From assembly GCA_035461305.1 (NCBI GenBank), contig DATHVN010000050.1, positions 801-64,800 of the forward strand: a DNA stretch of 64,000 nt, given 5' to 3'. Positions within the stretch are counted from its first letter, which is position 1. Every line of letters starts with the position of its first letter. Shown piece by piece: positions 38,898-48,962 of the stretch. The notes beneath the pieces are model-generated. The model did no database searches. It saw only the letters and a program-made list of their open reading frames with translations, and was not told where the DNA came from. The stretch is from Euzebyales bacterium. Lineage in GTDB: Bacteria > Actinomycetota > Nitriliruptoria > Euzebyales > JAHELV01. Made by a program: the position numbers and the translations under genes.

Positions 38898-39915
38898 GCC
38901 TCTCCGGGGTGCGGGTCCATGGTGGCCATGGCGTCGTGCAGCGGAGCGTCGCCGACCAGGGCGCGGTAGGCCTCCTCGGCGGCGCGGCGGCGCAGCTCGG
39001 TCGCCGACTCCTCGGCGTACCAGGCCATGTGCGGGGTCAGCAGCAGGCGGTCGGTGACGCCGTCGAACACACGGAGGTCGGGCGGTTCGGTGGCGTGGAC
39101 GTCGAGCGCCGCGACAGCGGGGGCGCCGCGGCGCAGGGCTGCCGCGAGTGCGGGTGCGTCGACGAGCGACCCGCGGGCGGTGTTGACCAGCACGCTGCCC
39201 GGCCGCAGCAGCGCGAGCCGGGTCGCGTCGAGCAGCGGCGTGCCGTCCGTGGCCGGCACGTGCAGGGTGACGACGTCCGCCGTGGCCAGCAGGTCGTGCA
39301 AGCCGGAGGGCTCGACACCCGCTGCGTCGGGTGGAGCGTGCGGGTCGTGGGCGAGCACCCGGCCGAACCCGACGGCGTGCAGCAGCTGTGCGACTCTCGC
39401 ACCGATGCGGCCGTGCCCGACCACGCCCGCGGTCAGCACGTCCGGCAGGTGCAGGGGGCGGATGGCATCGAGTCCCAGCCGCCGGCGCGTACCGTCCGGT
39501 CCGCGACGGTCAGCCGGCGGGTTGCGGCCAGCACCAGCGCCAGCGTGTGCTGCGCGACTGCCTCCGTCCCGTAGCCGGGCACGTAGGCCACCTCGATGCC
39601 GTGGGCGCGTGCGGCGGCCAGGTCGATGGTGTCGACGCCGGCGCCGGCGCGTACGATCCGCGAGCACCGCAGCCGCGCGATCACCGCTGCGTCGAACCGG
39701 GGTCGGGAGCCGGTGATGATCACGTCCGCACTGCCCGCGACGTCGACGATCGCGTCGGCGTCGTCGCCGCGTCCGGTGACCAGGCGCGCACCCGCCGGTT
39801 CGAGGATGCCGCGCTCGATGTCGAGGTCGGGATGGCGGGTGCCGAGGAGCGCGACGACGGCCCGGTCGGTCGGCGTGGTGCGGCCACCGGGCGGGCCGGC
39901 CGTCGGAGGTTCCAT
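38894..39915 (-). pseudogene. D-isomer-specific 2-hydroxyacid dehydrogenase, with one frameshift near 39465-39485
   Basis: The N-terminal half is in ORF 39433..40431 (..IVRAGAGVDTIDL..YVPGYGTEAVAQHTLAL..RAGGW). The C-terminal half is in ORF 38894..39667 (VVGHGRIG..NTARG..TPHMAW). Confidence 0.75.
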
Positions 39916-39963
39916 CCCGATGTGCTGTTGATCCCCATCGTCGAGTTGCATATCTTCAGACCA

Positions 39964-39977
39964 TACAATCGTTTGTA
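39964..39977. promoter_or_regulatory. LacI-type operator F
   Basis: TACAATCGTTTGTA, between divergent starts 39915 and 39994. Confidence 0.6.
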
Positions 39978-39993
39978 CGAGAGAGGTGCGGTT

Positions 39994-41751
39994 GTGCTCA
40001 GGGTCGATCGCGGTTCCGGACGACGGGGGTTGGACAGGCGGCTGCTGGCGCTGCTGGCTGCCATGATGCTGCTCGCCGCGGCGTGCACGGGTGCGAGCGA
40101 GGCCGGTGACGCCGACGCGCCCGAGGGATCTGCCGGAGGCGGCGCCACCGCGACGGCCGCAGCGGGTGGTGGAGGTGAGGCCGCACCGACCGGCACGTTC
40201 GTGCACGCAGCGGACGACGAGCCGCTGTCGCTGGATCCCGCGCAGGTCGAGCCCGGTGAGGGCGGCGAGACCATGGTCCTGCAGGTCTACGAGCGCCTCG
40301 TCGAGATCGCCCCCGACGGTCCCGATCTCGTCGCCGGGCTGTCCACCGAGGTGCCGAGTCGCGACAACGGCCTGGTCTCCGAGGACGGCCTGACCTACAC
40401 CTTTCCGATCCGCGAGGGCGTGACCTTCCACGACGGGACCGAGCTGACCGCCGACGACGTCAAGTATTCATGGGACCGCGTCATCGAGATGGACCTGCCC
40501 GAGAGCGCGGCCGACCTGCTCATCGACAACGTCGCCGAGACGTCCGTCACCGACGACGGCGCGTTCCAGGTCACGCTGACGACGCCGAGCGCGTCGTTCC
40601 TGCGCTCGGTCGCGACCGCGATGGTTGCGTCGGTGGTCAGCCCTGACGCGGTCGAGGAGAACGGCGGGGTGACCGCCGGCGAGCCCAACGAGTTCATGGC
40701 CACCAACATGGTCGGGACCGGCCCGTACCGCTTGATCGCCTGGAACCGAGGTGAGAACCTGCAGTTCGAGATCAACGACGAGTACTGGGGCGAGCCGGCC
40801 AACCTCGACCTGCGCATCGAGGTCGTGCCCGACCCCGACGTGCGCGTGCTCGGCCTGCGCGCCGGCGAGTACGACATGATCGAGACCGACCCGTCGTTCG
40901 TCGGCGACATCGAGGGCGCGGAAAGCGTGACCATCTACAGCGAGGGGCTGCTGGTCGAGCCGATCCACATCGGGTTCAACCTCAACATCCCCACCGACGA
41001 GCTGCCCCCGGAGGACACGATCCCGGCGGACTTCTTCCACGACCCACGGATCCGTCGCGCGTTCAACCACGCCTTCGACTACGACGCGTTCCTTCAAGGT
41101 GCGCTCGGCGGGTTCGGCGACTTCAACCCGCACCACATCCCGCAGGGCGTGTTCGGCTACGACCCCGAGGCCCCGGTCTACGACCAGCAGGACACCGCGG
41201 AGGCCGAGCGGCTGTTCCGCGAGGCCGGCGTGTGGGACGAGGGCTTCACGATCTCGGTGATCACCGAGGAGGCGAACCTGTTCGAGATCGCCGCGCTGGT
41301 GCTCAAGGACTCGCTCGAGGCGCTCAACCCGAACTTCGAGGTGCGCGTGCTGGCCGTCGCCGAAGCGCAGTTCGACGAGGCGCACGCCTCGGACCCCGTG
41401 CCCTACGCGATGTGGGTCAAGAACGCCGACCCGTTCGCCGACCCCGACGCCTACATGCAGGCGTATGAGCATCCCGACGGTGAGTGGGGCGAGATCCACG
41501 GGTTCCGGCAGGGCTACCAGAACCCCGACCAGATCGCCAGCCTCATCGACGAGGCCGCCGTCGAGCTCGACGAGGAGCGGCGCGCCGAGCTGTACAGCGA
41601 GCTGCAGAACCTGCTCTACGACGACCCGATGTGGCTGATCGCCGCGCAGGAGGGCATCGCCAACGCGCACCGCGACAGCGTGGAGGGCTTCGTGCTCAAC
41701 ACGCTGTGGCCGCGACCGAACGTCAAGTTCGCGCTGTTCGACAAGTCGTGA
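39994..41751 (+). CDS. ABC transporter substrate-binding lipoprotein, family 5 (peptide/opine/nickel type)
   Basis: LLALLAAMMLLAAACTG lipobox, followed by a family-5 SBP body (GPYRLIAWNRGENLQFEINDEYWG..). Confidence 0.85.
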   Translation: MLRVDRGSGRRGLDRRLLALLAAMMLLAAACTGASEAGDADAPEGSAGGGATATAAAGGGGEAAPTGTFVHAADDEPLSLDPAQVEPGEGGETMVLQVYERLVEIAPDGPDLVAGLSTEVPSRDNGLVSEDGLTYTFPIREGVTFHDGTELTADDVKYSWDRVIEMDLPESAADLLIDNVAETSVTDDGAFQVTLTTPSASFLRSVATAMVASVVSPDAVEENGGVTAGEPNEFMATNMVGTGPYRLIAWNRGENLQFEINDEYWGEPANLDLRIEVVPDPDVRVLGLRAGEYDMIETDPSFVGDIEGAESVTIYSEGLLVEPIHIGFNLNIPTDELPPEDTIPADFFHDPRIRRAFNHAFDYDAFLQGALGGFGDFNPHHIPQGVFGYDPEAPVYDQQDTAEAERLFREAGVWDEGFTISVITEEANLFEIAALVLKDSLEALNPNFEVRVLAVAEAQFDEAHASDPVPYAMWVKNADPFADPDAYMQAYEHPDGEWGEIHGFRQGYQNPDQIASLIDEAAVELDEERRAELYSELQNLLYDDPMWLIAAQEGIANAHRDSVEGFVLNTLWPRPNVKFALFDKS

Positions 41752-41794
41752 CCAGGCAGGCTGGAAGGACCGGGATGCGGTGGAGGAGGTGAGC

Positions 41795-41817
41795 CGGCCC
41801 GTCCCAGCCACGGGCCG
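41795..41817 (+). terminator. Intercistronic hairpin after the SBP gene
   Basis: CGGCCCGT-CCCAGCC-ACGGGCCG. Confidence 0.35.
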
Positions 41818-41824
41818 CTGACGC

Positions 41825-42838
41825 GTGCAGATCCGAGACTACGTGCTGCGACGCCTGCTGATCCTGCCCCTGCTGGTCGTGGGCACGTCGCTCATCGTCT
41901 TCTCGCTGACGCGGATCGGCGGCTCACCGATAGGCATCTATCTGTCCCACGAGATGGACGCCGAGGAGGTCGCCCAGCTCGAGGAGCGCTTCCACCTCGA
42001 CGATCCGCTGCCGGTGCAGTACGTCTACTGGGCCTCGGGCGTGCTGCGCGGGGACCTGGGTTGGTCGGGGGTCGCCGCCGCCCCGGTCACCCAGGTCTTC
42101 CCGGCGAAGCTGACCGCCTCGATGGAGCTCGCGATCGCGTCGGCGATCGTGGCGGTCGTCCTCGGGCTCGCGCTCGGCACGTACGCCGGAGCCAGACGCA
42201 ACCGCCTGCCCGACCACGTCACGCGGATCTTCGCGATCAGCGGCGCGAGCATGCCGCTGTTCTGGTTCGCGATCCTGCTGCTCATCGTGTTCTGGGTGAA
42301 CCTGGGTTGGTTCCCGGTGGGACGCTCCAACGCCGAGATCTTCCACAGCATCCCGCACCCCACCGGTATGTACACGGTCGACGCGCTGCTGGCGCTCGAC
42401 CCGACGGCGCTGCGGGACGCGCTGTGGCACCTGGCGCTGCCCGCCATCACGCTGGGATACGGCGCCACCGCGATCATCGCTCGGATGATGCGGTCGTCGC
42501 TGGTCGAGGAGCTGCAGGAGGACTACGTCGACGCGGCGCGCGCCAAGGGCCTGCCAGAGCGGCTCGTGCTCAGGCGCCACGCCCGCCGCAACGCGCTGAT
42601 CCCGACCGTGACCGTCATCGGCCTGACGTTCGGCTTCCTGCTGCAGGGTGCCGTCGTCGCCGAGATCATCTTCCAGTGGCCGGGTCTGGGCCGCTGGATG
42701 GCCGATGCGGTTCTGCGTGGCGACCAGGCCACGATCATGGCCTACGTGATGTTCACCAGCGTGCTGTTCCTGGTCGTCAACCTCGCCGTCGACGTCGTGT
42801 ACGCCTACCTCGACCGTCGCGTCGTGCTCGGGGAGTAG
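41825..42838 (+). CDS. ABC transporter permease (DppB-like)
   Basis: Multi-TM protein with the EAA-like loop DYVDAARAKGLPE. Confidence 0.9.
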   Translation: MQIRDYVLRRLLILPLLVVGTSLIVFSLTRIGGSPIGIYLSHEMDAEEVAQLEERFHLDDPLPVQYVYWASGVLRGDLGWSGVAAAPVTQVFPAKLTASMELAIASAIVAVVLGLALGTYAGARRNRLPDHVTRIFAISGASMPLFWFAILLLIVFWVNLGWFPVGRSNAEIFHSIPHPTGMYTVDALLALDPTALRDALWHLALPAITLGYGATAIIARMMRSSLVEELQEDYVDAARAKGLPERLVLRRHARRNALIPTVTVIGLTFGFLLQGAVVAEIIFQWPGLGRWMADAVLRGDQATIMAYVMFTSVLFLVVNLAVDVVYAYLDRRVVLGE

Positions 42839-42840
42839 CG

Positions 42841-43770
42841 ATGGCGGACATCCCGCGCCGTGTTCCGGTGGCCGCGCCGCTCGCCGAGTCGGCGTGGCGG
42901 GTGCGGGCCCGCCGCTGGCGTGAGCTGCTCACCGCGACGCTCTCCAACCCCACGACCGTCGTCGGCCTGGTGCTGATCATCGGGATGCTCGCGGTCGCCG
43001 TGCTCGCACCGGTGCTGACCGAGCCCAACACGCCCGACCCGTACCAGATGCCGCGTGACTGGGGTGCGCTCAACGAGCCGCCCGGCTCGCCGGGACACCT
43101 GCTGGGCACGACGAACACCGGCGGCGACGTGCTGTACGGCATCATCTGGGGCGCACGCACGTCGCTGCGGCTGTCGCTGATCGTCGTGTCGATCGCCGTG
43201 GTGGTCGGCGTGGCGATCGGCAGCCTCGCCGGGTTCGCCGGCGGGCGCATCGACGAGATCCTGATGCGCGTCGTCGACGTGTTCCTGTCGATCCCCGAAC
43301 TGATCTTCGCGCTGGCGATCGCGGCGGTGCTCGGACCGTCGTTCCGCAACATCATCCTCGCGCTGGCCGTCGTGTTCTGGGTGAAGTACGCGCGGATCAT
43401 GCGGGCGCAGATCATCCACATCAAGGAGAACGACTACGTCGACGCCGCGCGTGTCATCGGCGACGCCGGCTGGCGGATCTATGCGACCGACGTGCTGCCG
43501 AACTCGATCACGCCCGCCATCGTGCAGGCGACGCTGGACATGGGCCACATCGTGCTGGTCGGCGCCACGCTGTCGTTCATCGGCCTCGCCGAGGCCGGCC
43601 TCGCAGAGTGGGGTGTGCTGGTGTCCGAAGGCCAGGCGGGCATCTCCGCCGGCCGCTGGTGGGCGTCGACCTTCCCGGGGCTGATGGTCTTCCTGTGGGC
43701 GCTCGCGTTCAACTTGGTCGGCGACGGCCTGCGCGACGTGCTGGACCCGCGCACCGAGAGCGCGCGGTGA
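42841..43770 (+). CDS. ABC transporter permease (DppC-like)
   Basis: Multi-TM protein with DYVDAARVIG. Confidence 0.9.
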   Translation: MADIPRRVPVAAPLAESAWRVRARRWRELLTATLSNPTTVVGLVLIIGMLAVAVLAPVLTEPNTPDPYQMPRDWGALNEPPGSPGHLLGTTNTGGDVLYGIIWGARTSLRLSLIVVSIAVVVGVAIGSLAGFAGGRIDEILMRVVDVFLSIPELIFALAIAAVLGPSFRNIILALAVVFWVKYARIMRAQIIHIKENDYVDAARVIGDAGWRIYATDVLPNSITPAIVQATLDMGHIVLVGATLSFIGLAEAGLAEWGVLVSEGQAGISAGRWWASTFPGLMVFLWALAFNLVGDGLRDVLDPRTESAR

Positions 43771-44969
43771 CGGTGCCGCGACAGGCGACGACGTCACCGC
43801 AGGCGCCGGCGTCGGACGTCATCGCGACCGTGACCGACCTGAGGGTGCACTTCCGAGCCAAGGCCGGCACGGTGCACGCGGTCGACGGGGTCAGCTTCGA
43901 CATCCGCGACGGCGAGACCCTCGGGCTGGTGGGCGAGACGGGCTGCGGCAAGAGTGTGACCGCCCGGTCGTTCCTGCGCCTCGTGCCGATGCCGCCCGGC
44001 ATCGCCGCCGGTGGCTCGATCACGTTCGGCCCCGAGGGCGTCGACCTGACCACCGCCGACGGTCGGACCATGCGCCGCATCCGCGGCGACCGCATCGCCA
44101 TGATCTTCCAGGACCCCGCCAAGGCCCTGAACCCGGCGCTGACGGTCCGCAACCAGATCGCCGAGGTCTTCAGCGAGCACAGGGTCGCCGACGTGCTGGC
44201 ACGCGCCGGCGTCGACCCAGCGGCCGCCGGCGGCTGGCTGCTGCGCCGACGGGCCGCCCGCCGGACGCGCGTGCCGGAGCGGATCGCGCTGGCGCTCCCA
44301 CCGCTGCGGTCCCGGTCCGCAGCCATCGAGCGCGCGCTCGACGACATGATCGCCGACGCGCTGGCCGAGACCCAGATCGCCAACCCACGCAAGGTCATGG
44401 ACCGCTATCCCCACGAGCTGTCGGGCGGCATGCGCCAGCGTGTGATGATCTCGCAGGCGCTGGCCTGCAACCCCGCGCTGCTGATCGCGGACGAGCCCAC
44501 GACGGCGCTGGACGTGACGGTGCAGGCCCGGATCATCGAGCTCGTCCGCGACCTGCAGCAGCGCCACGACACCGCGGTGCTCTACATCAGCCACGACCTG
44601 TCGCTGGTGCGCAGGGTCTGCGACCGGGTCGCGGTCATGTACGCGGGACGGATCGTCGAGATCGGGCCGACCGAGCAGGTGCTCGCGGAGCCGCTGCACC
44701 CCTACACGCGCGGCCTGCTGGCGGCCGTGCCGTCGGCGACCCACCGCCGTGGCGAGCTCGTCGCGATCGAGGGCACCGTGCCCGAGCTGATCGACCCGCC
44801 GCCGTCGTGCCGCTTCGCGGGCCGCTGCCCCCACGCCGCGCCGGCGTGCGAGCGCGTCGACCCGGTCCTCGCCCCCGTCGCCGACGGCCACGAGGTCGCG
44901 TGCTTCCTGCACCGCCCGCCCGACGATGCCGACGCCGACCTGCCCAGCGCGGACTGGGTCGTCCGGTGA
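43767..44969 (+). CDS. ABC transporter ATP-binding protein (DppD-like, with an internal insertion)
   Basis: [30 protein letters not shown] 43767 overlaps the upstream stop (GTGA). Confidence 0.9.
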   Translation: MTVPRQATTSPQAPASDVIATVTDLRVHFRAKAGTVHAVDGVSFDIRDGETLGLVGETGCGKSVTARSFLRLVPMPPGIAAGGSITFGPEGVDLTTADGRTMRRIRGDRIAMIFQDPAKALNPALTVRNQIAEVFSEHRVADVLARAGVDPAAAGGWLLRRRAARRTRVPERIALALPPLRSRSAAIERALDDMIADALAETQIANPRKVMDRYPHELSGGMRQRVMISQALACNPALLIADEPTTALDVTVQARIIELVRDLQQRHDTAVLYISHDLSLVRRVCDRVAVMYAGRIVEIGPTEQVLAEPLHPYTRGLLAAVPSATHRRGELVAIEGTVPELIDPPPSCRFAGRCPHAAPACERVDPVLAPVADGHEVACFLHRPPDDADADLPSADWVVR

Positions 44970-44994
44970 CGGCGCGCGTGGATCGGAGGAGGGT

Positions 44995-46350
44995 GTGACC
45001 ACGGTGACCGAACGGTCCGGCGGCGCCGCCGTCGCGCCCCGGGGCGACATCGTCGTCGGCGTCCGTGACCTCCGCCGGTACTTCCCGATCCGCGAGGGAG
45101 CGCTGCAGCGCGTCGTCGGGCACGTCAAGGCCGTCGACGGCGTCAGTTTCGACCTGCGACGTGGGCAGACACTGGGGCTGGTGGGGGAGAGCGGCTGCGG
45201 CAAGACGACGCTCGGCCGCTGCGTCTCCGGGCTGTCCACGCCCACTGGCGGCGGCGTCTACTTCGACCTGACGGCCGACCAGGCGGCGCAGCTCGACCGG
45301 CTGCATGCCGTGCCGGAGGGCGGCGAACGGACCGACGCCCAGCGCGCCGAGCTCCAGGCGCTGGGGGCGGCGCACCGCGTCGACCTGCTCAAGCGACAGG
45401 CGTGGCGCCGGTTCCGGCGCAACACCCAGGTCGTGTTCCAGGATTCCTTCTCCTCGCTGAACCCGCGCCAGCTGGTCAAGGACATCGTCGGTCGGCCCCT
45501 GCGGGTGCACCGCGAGGCGTCGGGCTCGGCGCTGCGCGAGCGGGTCGTGGAGCTGCTCGACCAGGTCGGCCTGGGGCGCCAGCACCTCAACCGTTACCCC
45601 CACCAGTTCTCCGGCGGCCAGCGGCAGCGCATATCGATCGCCCGGGCCCTGGCGCTCGACCCCGAGCTGGTGGTCCTCGACGAGCCGACCAGCGCGCTCG
45701 ACGTGTCGGTGCAGGCGCAGATCCTGAACCTGCTGCACCACCTGCAGCAGGAGCGCGGCCTGACGTACCTGTTCATCACCCACGACCTGTCTGTCGTGCG
45801 CCACGTGGCCGACCGGATCGTGGTCATGTACCTGGGCCGGGTGGCCGAGGCGGGACCAACCGAGCAGCTCTTCGCGTCGCCCGCGCACCCGTACACCCGC
45901 GCCCTCCTGCAGGCGAGCCCGGATCTGTTCGACGACAGCACCGGCTTCCGCGGGCTGGAGGGCACGGTGCCGGACCCCGCGCGGCCGCCGGCGGGGTGCC
46001 GGTTCCACACCAGGTGCCCGCTGGTGACCGCCGACTGCGGGTGGGAGGTCGACGACGTCGTCCGCTGGCTCGAGGAGGAGCCGGGCATGTTCGACGAGCT
46101 CGCCGGGGTCGAGCGGAGGTCCACCTTCGACGCGGCGCTGAGGTTCGGGTCCGACGAAGCGGCACGGCGGCTGACGGCAGCACTGCGGTCCGACGCGGTG
46201 CCGAAGGCCATGCGCGACGCGCTCGAGCGGACCGACGCCACCGGCACCCGCGTCGACGTGGCGTTCCGCCCGGTCGGCGATGTCGAGCTGACCCCCCGTG
46301 GCACGGACCACCACGCCGCCTGCGTCCTTGACGACCTCGCCGCACCCTGA
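44995..46350 (+). CDS. ABC transporter ATP-binding protein (DppF-like, with an insertion and a C-terminal extension of about 100 aa)
   Basis: GESGCGKT, FSGGQRQR, VLDEPTSALD. RBS GGAGGA. Confidence 0.9.
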   Translation: MTTVTERSGGAAVAPRGDIVVGVRDLRRYFPIREGALQRVVGHVKAVDGVSFDLRRGQTLGLVGESGCGKTTLGRCVSGLSTPTGGGVYFDLTADQAAQLDRLHAVPEGGERTDAQRAELQALGAAHRVDLLKRQAWRRFRRNTQVVFQDSFSSLNPRQLVKDIVGRPLRVHREASGSALRERVVELLDQVGLGRQHLNRYPHQFSGGQRQRISIARALALDPELVVLDEPTSALDVSVQAQILNLLHHLQQERGLTYLFITHDLSVVRHVADRIVVMYLGRVAEAGPTEQLFASPAHPYTRALLQASPDLFDDSTGFRGLEGTVPDPARPPAGCRFHTRCPLVTADCGWEVDDVVRWLEEEPGMFDELAGVERRSTFDAALRFGSDEAARRLTAALRSDAVPKAMRDALERTDATGTRVDVAFRPVGDVELTPRGTDHHAACVLDDLAAP

Positions 46351-46373
46351 CCAACTCCTTCGGAGCGTGCGCT

Positions 46374-46493
46374 ACGTGACCGCCCACCAATCTGGGGACG
46401 TCGTGCCGCGTATGCGTTGGGGGACGTCCCCACGTGACCGGCTCGCCGTGGTTTGGGGACGTGGTGCCGCGTATGCGTTGGGGGGCGTCCCCA
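46374..46493 (+). repeat. Two tandem ~58-62-nt repeat units, each containing a GGGGACG...CGTCCCC hairpin
   Basis: Unit 1 is 46374-46431 and unit 2 is 46432-46493. The hairpins are TGGGGACGTC..GACGTCCCCA (46393-46432, 10-bp stem) and TGGGGACG..CGTCCCCA (46454-46493). Confidence 0.8.
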
Positions 46494-46534
46494 ACGGAGT
46501 GGCTCTGGGGTCGCGGGAGGCGGTCGACATCTGA

Positions 46535-46548
46535 TACAACCGTTTGCA
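46535..46548. promoter_or_regulatory. LacI-type operator G
   Basis: TACAACCGTTTGCA. Its last base is the A of ATG 46548. Confidence 0.5.
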
Positions 46549-47720
46549 TGCATGGTGGAGAGTCGCACGGGTTCCGTCAGCTCGCGCGCCACGATCTGGA
46601 CGGGCACGGCGACGGCATGCAGGTCATGCGGGCCGGCGACGCGTTGTACGTCGGGCACTTCGGGCCGTCGAGCATGGGCACCAGCGTGCTGGATGCCTCC
46701 GATCCGAAGGATCTGCGGCTGGTCCGCCAGTGGCGGGCACCCGAGGGCGCGCACACCCACAAGGTGCAGGTGGCCGACGGGCTCCTGCTGGTCAACGAGG
46801 AGGCGTTCCGTGGTGGGCGGCCGGCGCGCGCAGGCATGACGATCTACGACCTCACCGACCCGTTTGCACCGGCCGAGATCGGGTTCTGGGACTCGACGGG
46901 TAGGGGCGTGCACCGCATCGTGTACGAGGGCGGCGACCTGGCCCACGTCTCGGCGACCCCTGACGGCTTCAGCGAGCGCATCTGGGTCGTGGTCGACGTC
47001 TCGGACCCCACCGCGCCCGTGGAGCGTGCGCGCTGGTGGTGGCCGGGCATGGGCCCGGGCGAAGGCCGTGACTGGCCCGACGACGAGAGCCGCTCGGTGC
47101 ACCACGCACTGATCGACGGTGACCGGGCCTACGTGGGCCTGTGGGACTCCGGGATGGCGGTGCTCGACATCACCGACCTCGACGACATCCGCATCGTCTC
47201 GCGGCTGTCGTGGGACGTCGGCGGCAACACGCATACCGCGATGCCGCTGCCGGGTCGGGACCTCGTGGTGGTCACCGACGAGGCGACCAGCGACGGCTGT
47301 GACGACGACCCGCGGATGGTCCGCGTGGTCGACGTGGCCGACGAGACCGCACCGGTGGCGCGTGCCGTCTGTCCGGTGCCCGAGGGCGACTTCTGCGAAC
47401 GCGGGCTGCGCTTCGGCGCGCACTGCACCCACGAGAACCGGCCGGGCAGCTATCGCAGCTCGGAGGTCGTGGTCGTCACCTACTTCAACGCGGGGCTGCG
47501 TGTCTACGACCTGGCCGAGCCTGACGCGCCGCGCGAGATCGGGCACTGGATCCCGGACTGCCCGGCGGGGCAGCAGGCCGTGCAGATCAACGATGTGTGG
47601 GTGGGCGAGGACCTGCTGACCTACGTCACCGACCGCGTCCACGGCGGGGTGTACGTGCTGGAGCCGACCGACGACCTGGCGGCGTCCCTCGACGGGGCAC
47701 GGCTACGGGAGGGCACCTGA
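46548..47720 (+). CDS. LVIVD-repeat-like beta-propeller protein (intact paralog)
   Basis: GMAVLDITDLDDIRIVSRL, RVVDVADETAPV, FNAGLRVYDLAEPDAPREIGH, YVTDRVHGGVYVLE. It is collinear with 32641-33870. Confidence 0.7.
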   Translation: MHGGESHGFRQLARHDLDGHGDGMQVMRAGDALYVGHFGPSSMGTSVLDASDPKDLRLVRQWRAPEGAHTHKVQVADGLLLVNEEAFRGGRPARAGMTIYDLTDPFAPAEIGFWDSTGRGVHRIVYEGGDLAHVSATPDGFSERIWVVVDVSDPTAPVERARWWWPGMGPGEGRDWPDDESRSVHHALIDGDRAYVGLWDSGMAVLDITDLDDIRIVSRLSWDVGGNTHTAMPLPGRDLVVVTDEATSDGCDDDPRMVRVVDVADETAPVARAVCPVPEGDFCERGLRFGAHCTHENRPGSYRSSEVVVVTYFNAGLRVYDLAEPDAPREIGHWIPDCPAGQQAVQINDVWVGEDLLTYVTDRVHGGVYVLEPTDDLAASLDGARLREGT

Positions 47721-48856
47721 TGGCCACGCTCGGCTTCGCGCCTTCGGAGGACCCGTTCGTCGTCGAGCACGGCGGCTTCTACCGTCGCTGGCTGTCGATG
47801 ATCGACGACCTCGACGAGCTGCAGGCGACCGTCGCTCGGCTCGACGGGACCACCGAGGACCGCTGGGTGCCGGTGTGGCGTGAGGTCGGACAGCGCCACG
47901 AGGCCGAGGGCGACCGCCTGACCGACGAGGGGCGGTCCGACGACGCCCGCCGCGCCTACCTGCAGGCCAAGACCTACTACGCAATCGGGCGCTTCCCGGG
48001 CGAGATCACCCCGGTCAAGCGCGCCGTCAGCGACGACTGCGCCCGCGCCTACTGCAAGGCCAGCGGCTTCCTCGACCCGCCGCTCGAGGTCGTCGACGTC
48101 AGGCACCAGGGGCGGCCGATCACCTGCCACCTCCGCGTGCCCCACCACGCGTCGCCCGAGCACCCGGTCGCAGCCCTGCTGATCATGTGCGGCGCCGACG
48201 TGTTCAAGGAGGACCGGGGCTGGGCCTCGGAGTACGCGCTGGACCACGGCATGGCGTCGCTGGTCATGGACGGGCCGGGCACCGGCCAGAACCCGTTCCC
48301 GTGGGCACCCGAGTCGGTGTCGGCGTGGATCGCGGCGCTCGACCACCTGGCGGCGCGTCCTGAGGTAGACGCGTCCCGCATCGGCGCGTTCGGCATCAGC
48401 CGCGGTGGCTACTCGGTGCTGCAGCTCGCAGGGACGGTGCCGGACAGGGTGCGGGCCGTCGTCGCGAGCGCCGGCCACCCGTTCGGGTACCGCATGGACG
48501 ACGACGAGCTCGAGCGCTTCGTGGAGGTCCGCAACCAGCGGTCGGCGTGGCGGTTCGGCGAACCCGACGGGCCACCGTCGTTCGAAGCGACGTCGGTCCA
48601 GCAGGAGCGCGAGGACTTCAGCCGGTGGGCGCTGTCGGAGCTCGGTCTGGTCGACCGCATCACGCAGCCGGTGCTGATGATCAACGGTAAGCAGGACCAC
48701 CTGGCGCCCATCGGCAACATCTACTTCATGCTCGAGAGCGGTCCACCCACGGGACGCCAGGCCCGCGTCTACTCCGACGCGGGGCACTGCGCGTTCAAGC
48801 ACTTCGCCGAGTGGGCGCCGGCGTCGTTCGCGTGGCTGGCCGGTCACCTGGCCTGA
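47720..48856 (+). CDS. Alpha/beta hydrolase (FrsA/DUF1100-like esterase family)
   Basis: GISRGGY nucleophile elbow and DHLAP..GHCAF. ATG 47720 overlaps the upstream stop (TGATG). Confidence 0.7.
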   Translation: MATLGFAPSEDPFVVEHGGFYRRWLSMIDDLDELQATVARLDGTTEDRWVPVWREVGQRHEAEGDRLTDEGRSDDARRAYLQAKTYYAIGRFPGEITPVKRAVSDDCARAYCKASGFLDPPLEVVDVRHQGRPITCHLRVPHHASPEHPVAALLIMCGADVFKEDRGWASEYALDHGMASLVMDGPGTGQNPFPWAPESVSAWIAALDHLAARPEVDASRIGAFGISRGGYSVLQLAGTVPDRVRAVVASAGHPFGYRMDDDELERFVEVRNQRSAWRFGEPDGPPSFEATSVQQEREDFSRWALSELGLVDRITQPVLMINGKQDHLAPIGNIYFMLESGPPTGRQARVYSDAGHCAFKHFAEWAPASFAWLAGHLA

Positions 48857-48962
48857 CGCGCCGCGTGCGCCGGACGCCTGCGCTGGGCCCGGACGTCCAC
48901 CGGCACAGGACGGATGCGCCGGACGCGGAACAGCACGTCCTCACGATCCCGTAACGGTCGGG

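Noticed and set aside
46374-46493. Possible CRISPR array (also considered for 59606-59815)
   Set aside because: The units abut directly, with no unique spacers between them. There are only 2-4 copies, the copies are degenerate, and no cas genes are present. They are better described as tandem hairpin repeats.
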